Source: Candidatus Woesearchaeota archaeon
GTDB lineage: Archaea; Nanobdellota; Nanobdellia; Woesearchaeales; WJKB01
Direction: 5' to 3'
Assembly (NCBI GenBank): GCA_014729345.1
Contig: WJKB01000056.1
Span: 71 to 64,070 of the forward strand
DNA: 64,000 nucleotides
This document shows, in pieces, positions 56,930 through 64,000 of the stretch (positions are counted from its first letter, which is position 1; every line of letters starts with the position of its first letter). A program made the position numbers and the translations under genes. Below the pieces are notes generated by a model that saw only the letters and a program-made list of their open reading frames with translations, was not told where the DNA came from and searched no databases.

Positions 56930-57778
56930 ATGGCACAGATGCACCTGCTGGTAGGCGTTATGGAACCGGAAAAAGAGATCTCACCTTCGGATAGGAAAGT
57001 CTCTGTAAAGATGATGGAGGAGAGGGATGAGCTTATGAAAAATCTGGACAAAGAGGGTATCCCCTACACCAGAGTTTGGTCCAAATGGCCCCAGGATGAC
57101 TTTGTTTCCCACAAAGGAGAGGTATTTCTCAGGAAGGACTATGGTTTTTATGCAGATGGAGGATATGTTTTCGCGCTAGACAGCATGATCATAGTCGGGG
57201 AGCATGCAAGCAGGAGGCAAAAGGGCTATAATCACACACCAGAACAGAGAGGAAGGATCCTGAAGATGATTTTCGGAGAAACCGATTATGTGGTACTCCC
57301 TTCCCCGGACTGCAGATGGCATCCTGATATGGTTCCCCACATAGACCTTGTGTCGCTGCCTGTCCCTCAGAAAGCAAAAATGTATGTGGATAAACGCTAT
57401 CTGGACATGACAAAGAACAGTTGCAAAGACGATGCACAGAGGATCCTGGGCAGAAGAGGCAATGTATTGGAAGAGATTACAGAAAGGCTTGGGATGGAAC
57501 TGAAGGCAGTCAGACACGATTACAGCAGACCATCATATCCATGCAACACGCAGGTAGTTGAGCATGAAGGAGATCTCTATGCGATCACAAACAGTGATTC
57601 AAAAGAGTTTGTACATATGCTCAGGAAAGATGGTTTCAGGGTCATAGCAGTTCCGTTTTCAGCAAACTGCAGCAGAGGAGGCAGCGTACACTGCGCAACC
57701 AACCTCTGCCCAGCTGACAAGGTCGAAGAGATTGCCGGATTCCTGCCTGCAAGACAGAAAGATATATATGACAGGTAA
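56930..57778 (+). CDS. Amidinotransferase / arginine deiminase-like (pentein) protein
   Basis: WPQD, DGG, PHIDL, PCN and C-terminal GGSVHCAT catalytic Cys motif. Confidence 0.78.
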   Translation: MAQMHLLVGVMEPEKEISPSDRKVSVKMMEERDELMKNLDKEGIPYTRVWSKWPQDDFVSHKGEVFLRKDYGFYADGGYVFALDSMIIVGEHASRRQKGYNHTPEQRGRILKMIFGETDYVVLPSPDCRWHPDMVPHIDLVSLPVPQKAKMYVDKRYLDMTKNSCKDDAQRILGRRGNVLEEITERLGMELKAVRHDYSRPSYPCNTQVVEHEGDLYAITNSDSKEFVHMLRKDGFRVIAVPFSANCSRGGSVHCATNLCPADKVEEIAGFLPARQKDIYDR

Positions 57779-57937
57779 GTTCAGTTAAGTAAACGACCAT
57801 AAGTATATGACTCCAAATAGTTCATGACCAGAGAGATATAAGATTCCAGGATTATCTCATGTGTGCGTATGCTGTCAGAAGATTTTTCAGAAGACAATTT
57901 ATCAAAATTTATATACGATGACATATTCTTGCATATC

Positions 57938-58717
57938 ATGAAATCCGCGATAATCATATCAAAACAGGATCCTGCCTTTGAAACCTTTGAAAAGGCTTTC
58001 TCTGATGCAGGGCTTCCTCTAGAAGCATCCATCTATCCTGTACAGGAAACGGCTGTTTTCCAGGAAGACATCGACAGGAAGATAGATGCAGATGTGTTCA
58101 TATTCGCCTCAAGGCATTCAGGCAAAGGGGAGATAAGGTCACTCTGCGTACATACGCCTGGAAACTGGGACAAAGCCCTGCTGGGAGGCAGGCATGGGGA
58201 GCTGTGCACAGCGTACCCTTCATTGGTGAAGCTTGTATACCAACAGTTCTGCAAGGCTGCACAGGGTTCCGGCTACCAGCCCACGTTGGAAGTCACGCAT
58301 CACGGCCCTCTGATAGACAAGCCCTGCCTTTTTGTGGAGACAGGGCCTTCTGAAAAGGAATGGAAAGACCAACAGGCAGCAGATATGGTCGCATCCTCTG
58401 TCTCAGAAGTGCTCAACAAGAATATCAGCAGGATAGCAGGCAGCCACAGGATCGCCTTTGGGATCGGAGGCACCCATTACTGCTCCAACTTCAACAAGGT
58501 AGAGCTGGACACAGATATTGCCCTTTCTCATATCTGCCCCAAGCATATGCTTGAGCACCTTGATGAAAGTATGGTCCTTAAGGCTTTTGAAAGGTCATTC
58601 CAGAAACCGGGTTTTGCAATCCTTGACTGGAAAGGCATGGGAAAGGAAAAACAGAGGATCATCAGCCTTCTTGAAAGCATGGACATCCCTTTCATGCGCA
58701 GTGACAGGGTACGATGA
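57938..58717 (+). CDS. dtdA: Archaeal D-aminoacyl-tRNA deacylase (DTD2)
   Basis: FASRH, LCVHTPGN, LEVTHHGP, FVETG, GIGGTHY, HICPK, LDWKG; start ATG 57938. Confidence 0.92.
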   Translation: MKSAIIISKQDPAFETFEKAFSDAGLPLEASIYPVQETAVFQEDIDRKIDADVFIFASRHSGKGEIRSLCVHTPGNWDKALLGGRHGELCTAYPSLVKLVYQQFCKAAQGSGYQPTLEVTHHGPLIDKPCLFVETGPSEKEWKDQQAADMVASSVSEVLNKNISRIAGSHRIAFGIGGTHYCSNFNKVELDTDIALSHICPKHMLEHLDESMVLKAFERSFQKPGFAILDWKGMGKEKQRIISLLESMDIPFMRSDRVR

Positions 58718-58807
58718 TGTCCATAGGATAGAACTGGTCGCGATCCTGCACGACACGCCGCAACATCATGCCGCAACATAAGCTATAGAAGATATCTCGT
58801 CCCTTGA

Positions 58808-59716
58808 TCATAGAAGATCGCAGTCACACCTGCAGTCCCCGCTTGAGCTGCAGTATACGTCCACAAGGACGCCGTCAGCAGTCTCGCAATGGTCTTCGCA
58901 TTCGTCCTCTTTCCATTCGCAGTGGCTGTCATCCAGGCATTCTGTCATGTAACAGCTGTTATCCAAACAGTAGGGTATGGATGTAGGGCAGTCATCATCA
59001 TCCTTGCATTGGTCTTTTTTGCAGTATCCGTCCCTGCAGTAAGGCTGCTCATCAGGGCAGTCAGCATTCTTTGAGCAGGGGATATCTTCAAGGCATACAT
59101 AGTCATAGCAGATCTTGTCCCCCCCGCAGTCAGTGTCCTCATAACATTCCACGACCAGGCAGCTTCCGTCGATGCAGTCCATATCCTCGCCGCAGTCCGC
59201 GCTGATGTTGCATGAATCTCCCTCATGCGCGCAGCCGGGTATAGGCCTGTGCTCGCAGAGGTATTCTGTGCTGGCGTCGCAGACCTCTTCTGTGCATTCA
59301 TCGCCGTCGTCAGAGCAGTTCTCCATACAGGACTGTTCGAAAAAATCCTTGAAACCGTCTATCCTCCATCTGTCCTCAGCCCACACCATCTTCACAGGAG
59401 GTATGTTTTCTCCGCTTTCTGAATCTTTGTAATATGCGTAAGCAGTGGTGTCTGTATCCATGACCACCTTGTCAAATATAGGGTAAGAATCAGGTTCAAG
59501 TGTCTCGAGATAGGTCACGAACTCTGCAGAATCCTTCTTATCCTTCAGATCCTGGGTGAAAAGAACATAAGCATCTCCGTATTCCTTGTTCTGGAAAGAT
59601 AGCCCAAGCTTCTGCGCCGTTCTTTCAGCTTCTTCCTCTGAGCCTGCTTGTTTGCAGCCTGACATGAACACAAGGACAAGCAGCGCGATCCCGATAAACA
59701 CAGTGACGTTCTTCAT
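58808..59716 (-). CDS. Cys-rich lipoprotein with NTF2-like N-domain and tandem CxxxxxC repeats
   Basis: Lipobox VFMSG/C; YGDAY..MVWAEDRWRIDG; repeated C-x5-C-x5-6-C-x4-C units. Confidence 0.78.
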   Translation of the reverse strand: MKNVTVFIGIALLVLVFMSGCKQAGSEEEAERTAQKLGLSFQNKEYGDAYVLFTQDLKDKKDSAEFVTYLETLEPDSYPIFDKVVMDTDTTAYAYYKDSESGENIPPVKMVWAEDRWRIDGFKDFFEQSCMENCSDDGDECTEEVCDASTEYLCEHRPIPGCAHEGDSCNISADCGEDMDCIDGSCLVVECYEDTDCGGDKICYDYVCLEDIPCSKNADCPDEQPYCRDGYCKKDQCKDDDDCPTSIPYCLDNSCYMTECLDDSHCEWKEDECEDHCETADGVLVDVYCSSSGDCRCDCDLL

Positions 59717-59855
59717 TGTCTGCACTTCCTGAACAGTGCCTGTCGATAGCGCTTATATGCAGCACCAATATCTTCAGGCGGAATGGTTATCCAGGCAAAT
59801 TTGTCGATTATGGATATATCCATGGACATGTATTATATAAATATTCCTGACAGGA

Positions 59856-60653
59856 TCACTCTTTTTTCTCCTCTTTTGCAGCGCCGCCCTCAGCAGGGGC
59901 AGCTCCGCCAGCTGGAGCTCCTTCTTTTGGCGCAGCTGCTCCTTCAGCAGAAGCAGCGCCCTCAGCAGGCATAAACTCGCTTATGATCTCTTCGGGTATC
60001 TTTGCCTCATGCAGCTTGGACTTTATCTCTCCTCTTTCCTTGCCTTCCATCTTTGCTATTATGGACTTTGCTGTAGCCTCGAACTCAGCTCTTCTCTCTT
60101 CCATCTCAGCTGCGAGCTTCTTCTTCTCAGCCTCAAGTTTCTTGAGCTCTTCGGCAGTAAGCTCTGTCTTTTCAGTCCTGATCTCCTCGTCAAACTTGCC
60201 CAGTTCGATATCTTTAAGCGTCTCTGTTGCAGGCTTCCCTTCCACCAGGATCCCCATGCTGTTGCATGTGCCCACTATCTCCCTGACCTCCTCTTTGAGA
60301 GATTTTCCCAGCAGGTTGTCTTCTTTCATCTTTGCGACCTTGATCATCTGCTCGATCAGCACGTCCGCAACCTTGTCAGTGTTGGGGTTGCCGCTGCCTT
60401 TGTCGATGCCTGCCTCTTTCTTTATGAGCGCAGAAGCAGGAGGCGTTCCTACCTCTATGGAAAACTCTTTAGTATCAGAATTAACAGTGACTTTTACAGG
60501 CACTTGCATGCCTTTGAAAGACTCTGTCTTCTTGTTTATCTCAGCCACAACCTGGCCTATATTGACTCCTGTGGGGCCAAGAGCAGGCCCTAACGGAGGC
60601 GCAGCCGTGGCTTTTCCTCCTTCAATGAGAGATTCCACTGTCTGTTCTGCCAT
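59856..60653 (-). CDS. rpl11: 50S ribosomal protein uL11 with long C-terminal extension
   Basis: GGKATAAPPLGPALGP, FKGMQVPVKV, GTPPASALI, GTCNSMG; start ATG 60653. Confidence 0.95.
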   Translation of the reverse strand: MAEQTVESLIEGGKATAAPPLGPALGPTGVNIGQVVAEINKKTESFKGMQVPVKVTVNSDTKEFSIEVGTPPASALIKKEAGIDKGSGNPNTDKVADVLIEQMIKVAKMKEDNLLGKSLKEEVREIVGTCNSMGILVEGKPATETLKDIELGKFDEEIRTEKTELTAEELKKLEAEKKKLAAEMEERRAEFEATAKSIIAKMEGKERGEIKSKLHEAKIPEEIISEFMPAEGAASAEGAAAPKEGAPAGGAAPAEGGAAKEEKKE

Positions 60654-60805
60654 GTTTAAAACCGCTATCTTTGATGATTTACATGTTTCAACCACTTGGT
60701 ATATAAAGTGGTTTTGAACATGTCCAGAAACCTGGATTTATTCAAGTTTCAGGCATTTTACACTGAAAATAAAGGTCTTATTTAAATGCTTTTCGATTTA
60801 AGTAT

Positions 60806-61348
60806 TCATTTCTTCGGAGGTATGCCAAGAGGCCCTTGGGCCATGCCTCCCTTATTCCCGCCTGCAGCCTCCTCCTCTTCATCATTGGAATCTCTTCTGA
60901 TGACCTTGACTGCATCCATCTTGACAGTGATAGGGATAGGGACAGCTGCCTCAAGCAGCTCTACCACTACCTCTTCCTTGGCCTTGTCTATCCTGGTGAT
61001 CTTGGCGTTCTCCCTCTTGAAAGGCCCTGATATGATCTCTACGATATCGTTCTTCTTGATATTCACTTCGCGCTTGACCTGCTCAAGCATGTGCTCGATC
61101 TCTTTGTAGTCTATCTCTGCAGGCAGTATCCCTCTTGCATAGGGGACATTAAAGGCTGCCTGCTCTGCATCTGTCTTTGAGGCTGATTCAAGGAATATAT
61201 ATCCCCTCATGCCATGCGGCCTTATGACTGCATAAACCTCAAGGCCTTTTTTCCTGGCATTGGATGTGACAAAATCCATGACCTGGTCTTCCCTGTTTGC
61301 TGTTGTCCTCAAAGCATAGATGTTTGATTTAACTTCTGCTTCAGCCAT
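60806..61348 (-). CDS. spt5: Transcription elongation factor Spt5 (NusG family)
   Basis: IYALRTTANRE NGN domain; GYIFLE; KOW DIVEIISGPFKRENAKI; start ATG 61348. Confidence 0.95.
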   Translation of the reverse strand: MAEAEVKSNIYALRTTANREDQVMDFVTSNARKKGLEVYAVIRPHGMRGYIFLESASKTDAEQAAFNVPYARGILPAEIDYKEIEHMLEQVKREVNIKKNDIVEIISGPFKRENAKITRIDKAKEEVVVELLEAAVPIPITVKMDAVKVIRRDSNDEEEEAAGGNKGGMAQGPLGIPPKK

Positions 61349-61395
61349 TTTGCACAAAGTCCTACTATTATCAGAACCTTTTTTCACCTCTTTTA

Positions 61396-61587
61396 TCAAA
61401 ACAATAACTGTTTGCCCATGTTTATGATGAACCCCACCAGCCCGATGATCATTATCCCCAAGCCTGAGACCTTAACGATGGTCTTGAACTCCTCTTTGGA
61501 GGGCTTTTTGGTTACCTTAAGCACTCTTCTGCACTCCTTTGCAAAGCTCTTTATCCTCGTAAACATGCTTGTATTATGCTCATCCAT
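61396..61587 (-). CDS. secE: Protein translocase subunit SecE/Sec61-gamma
   Basis: ECRRVLKVTKKPSKEEF..VSGLGIMIIGLVGFII. Confidence 0.93.
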   Translation of the reverse strand: MDEHNTSMFTRIKSFAKECRRVLKVTKKPSKEEFKTIVKVSGLGIMIIGLVGFIINMGKQLLF

Positions 61588-61588
61588 C

Positions 61589-62869
61589 TTAATCCACAAA
61601 CTCTATCCCCAGTTCGGATTCGATCTCCTTTTTCTTTTTTTCGCTTACCTGCGCTCCAGGCCCGAATATCTGTGATGATTTCACGCCTGTAACTATCAGC
61701 ATAACCCTAAGATTCTTGTCAAAATCATCATATATCTGTGCTCCCCATATCACTGTCGCGTCGTCATTCAGCCTTTCTGACACAGCTTCCACAACCCTCC
61801 TTGCCTCATCCAGGGTCATGTCGGATCCTCCTGCAACATTGATCAGCGCCCCGTTGGCGCCCGCTATGTCCACGTCAAGCAGAGGGTTTGAGATGGCTTT
61901 CTCCACAGATTCTGTAGCCCTGTTCTCTGTATCTGACTCTCCGACACCGATGAGGGCTACCCCTCCGTTGCTCATGACTGTCCTTATGTCAGCGAAGTCA
62001 AGGTTGACCAGGCCTGCTTTTGTGACAAGCTCAGCGATCCCCTTGACAGCGTTTGTGAGTATCTCGTCCGCAACCTTGAAGGCTGTGTGCAGCGGCAGGT
62101 CCGGAGCAAGCTCCAGCAGCTTGTCATTGGGTATGACTATCAGGGTGTCCACCATGCTCTCAAGCTTTTCCAGGCCTATGACAGCGTTCTCGTACCTCCT
62201 CCTACCCTCCATGGCAAAAGGTATGGTCACCACTCCCACTGTGAGAGCTCCCATCTTTTTCGCCACTTCAGCTATCACAGGAGCTGAGCCTGTACCTGTG
62301 CCTCCTCCCAGGCCGCAGGTTATGAAGACCATGTCAGATCCTGTCAGTGATTTCTTGATATCATGCTCATTTTCTCTCGCCGCCTCTTCCCCTATCTTTG
62401 GGTTTGAGCCTGCTCCCATCCCTTTGGTGACATCCTTGCCTACAAGCAGTTTCTTGTCAGCGGACGTATACAGCAGGTCCTGGGCATCTGTGTTCACAGC
62501 GATGGTCTCTGTACCGAGGATCCCCACTTCAGTGATCCTGTTGATGGTATTGTTTCCGCCTCCTCCTGATCCGACCACCTTTATGGTGGCTTTCTGCTGG
62601 GAGAGCAGGTCCTGCAGCTCCTTGTCAGCCATGTTTGCAGGCGGAGCTTCTGCAGCGCCAGGGCTTTCCCTGGATTCCTGTTTTACGCTTATCTCAGACT
62701 CTTTTGATGCTGAGCTGCTGCTTGATCCCTGTTCCTCGGTGCTGACTGATGTTTCTGAGACAGTTGCACTGTCATCCTGTCCTGACTGCTGACTGTAAGT
62801 CTGCGACTCGTCAGTCCTATCCTCATACGAAGGCTGAGAATTTTCCGAGCTGCCTTCTTCTGTTTTCAT
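61589..62869 (-). CDS. ftsZ: Cell division protein FtsZ
   Basis: VVGSGGGGNN, NTDAQDL, GLGGGTGTG, NLDFAD; GGAGGAG RBS before ATG 62869. Confidence 0.97.
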   Translation of the reverse strand: MKTEEGSSENSQPSYEDRTDESQTYSQQSGQDDSATVSETSVSTEEQGSSSSSASKESEISVKQESRESPGAAEAPPANMADKELQDLLSQQKATIKVVGSGGGGNNTINRITEVGILGTETIAVNTDAQDLLYTSADKKLLVGKDVTKGMGAGSNPKIGEEAARENEHDIKKSLTGSDMVFITCGLGGGTGTGSAPVIAEVAKKMGALTVGVVTIPFAMEGRRRYENAVIGLEKLESMVDTLIVIPNDKLLELAPDLPLHTAFKVADEILTNAVKGIAELVTKAGLVNLDFADIRTVMSNGGVALIGVGESDTENRATESVEKAISNPLLDVDIAGANGALINVAGGSDMTLDEARRVVEAVSERLNDDATVIWGAQIYDDFDKNLRVMLIVTGVKSSQIFGPGAQVSEKKKKEIESELGIEFVD

Positions 62870-62950
62870 ATAATTATTTTGCTCCTCCACCTTGTTCCAC
62901 CTCAACAGTCCTAAAAAATAATAACCACAACAGGTATTTAAATATTGTGA

Positions 62951-63625
62951 TTATTTTTCCTTTTTCTCAGCCTCTTTTTCTGTATTGTTTTTGGTGAAAG
63001 TGATTTTCTTGATATCAGTCAGCCTTGCTATCTCTTCCTGGAGCTTTTCAGCGATCTCTTGGGGTATCTCCTTCCCTGTGCTTATCACAGCCACGGAATC
63101 CTTTATATCCACATCAAGATCCTTAAGTCCAAGAGCCAGGCTGACAAATGCCTTGACCTTCTCCTTGTCATCTTTTACGACCCTTTTCAGGTCTATGTCA
63201 TATACAACCTCTTTGCCTGAAAGCGGATGGTTGAAGTCCACCACAGTCCTTCCTCCTGTAACAGTCCTTATGGTGCCCATCGCTCCGTCGATGTTCACCT
63301 GCAGTCCTGGCACAGGATCGATCTTCTGCTGCCTGAAGATGTTTGTAGGCACTATCCTGAGCAGTTTTGCGTCTTTTTTTCCGAAACCTTCTTCAGGCGC
63401 CAGCTCAATCGTGTGCTTTCCAACACTCTTTCCCACCAGCTTCTGGTCAAGGCCTGAGAGCAGCTGACCTTCCCCCAGGCACACTATGGCAGGTCCGTAT
63501 TTCATGTTCTTGTCCCAGATACCTTCTTCTTTAGCTGTCTTTTCTGAAGTGGTGTCAAAGACCATACCTTCATCTTTTAGCCTTCCAGTATATTCCAGTT
63601 CTATGAATTCTCCTTTTTCTGCCAT
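62951..63625 (-). CDS. slyD: FKBP-type peptidyl-prolyl isomerase (archaeal long SlyD type)
   Basis: IELEYTGRL..VFDTT, APEEGFG, VDFNHPLSGK; start ATG 63625. Confidence 0.9.
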   Translation of the reverse strand: MAEKGEFIELEYTGRLKDEGMVFDTTSEKTAKEEGIWDKNMKYGPAIVCLGEGQLLSGLDQKLVGKSVGKHTIELAPEEGFGKKDAKLLRIVPTNIFRQQKIDPVPGLQVNIDGAMGTIRTVTGGRTVVDFNHPLSGKEVVYDIDLKRVVKDDKEKVKAFVSLALGLKDLDVDIKDSVAVISTGKEIPQEIAEKLQEEIARLTDIKKITFTKNNTEKEAEKKEK

Positions 63626-63852
63626 CTTATCATTCCTTATTAGGTCCTGCAACCTGTTTCCATCACTGCAATCTGTTTCCATACCTGCACATCACTCAGC
63701 TCATCCCTAAAATATGTCAGCTATGATTGTTAGCTCCCTCTAGCTTGTAACAGTGCCAGAAGCAATATATTCTTAAAAAAACAAGGCTTGTATATAAATG
63801 TTATGCTTATGATGCTTATGGCAGCTTAAGCAGCATCCAGCCGAAGTTGAAT

Positions 63853-64000
63853 TCATCGATGATCAGCCTCTCTGAAAAAAAGGGCTTTTCTGCAGGTCTC
63901 TCCAGCCCACCTGAGGCCCTGTACATACCACCTGCCTTCTTCCTGCACCAGCTTCAGGCTTTTCACCCTGTCAGGAGGATTGTCCTGCGCAGGCACGGTC
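63853..64000 (-). CDS. 3' end of a gene truncated by the window edge (NTF2-like terminus)
   Basis: Open frame ..RVKSLKLVQEEGRWYVQGLRWAGETC..HR-stop, translated by hand. Confidence 0.45.
   Translation of the reverse strand, partial: TVPAQDNPPDRVKSLKLVQEEGRWYVQGLRWAGETCRKALFFREADHR

Noticed and set aside
61716..62792. 358-aa plus-strand ORF
   Set aside because: Antisense shadow of ftsZ; the Ser/Pro/Thr-rich composition is typical of reverse frames
62630..62869. FtsZ acidic Ser-rich N-terminal extension as a novelty
   Set aside because: Variable disordered N-termini are common in archaeal FtsZ

Overview
Gene-dense archaeal chromosomal segment. Archaeal-type uL11, Spt5, SecE, FtsZ, Elp3, DtdA, form III RuBisCO, class III signal-peptide pilins and GGAGG/GAGGTG RBSs, plus the overall gene style, point to a DPANN archaeon, most likely Woesearchaeota (inference). 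From left to right: a type IV pilus locus (3 pilin-like genes, ATPase, two TadB/C-type platform proteins); housekeeping genes (NFACT/Rqc2-like, NnrD, Kef antiporter, YhbY); an unknown three-gene unit with an insertion-bearing TIM barrel; a small predicted regulon (tandem Fis-type HTH, HExxH peptidase, MNT-HEPN fusion, shared GAC-N6-GTC operator); a putative S-layer protein; form III RuBisCO near a highly divergent PRPP-synthetase-like protein; then fadD, elp3, a Na/Ca exchanger, an amidinotransferase, dtdA and the ftsZ-secE-spt5-rpl11 cluster. The most striking element is a ~20 kb minus-strand operon (49555 to 29383) whose genes all overlap: wHTH regulator, pilin-like Ig protein, a 4967-aa secreted giant protein, a 31-aa bridging mini-ORF and a 1213-aa repeat/adhesin protein. 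The giant protein carries TPRs, a basic amphipathic segment, a zincin-like motif, a recognisable HD-GYP domain, a degenerate GGDEF-like domain and a C-terminal SelO/kinase-like region, suggesting a multi-effector host-contact system. No rRNA, tRNA, CRISPR array or transposase was recognised. All assignments were made by eye; no database searches were run.
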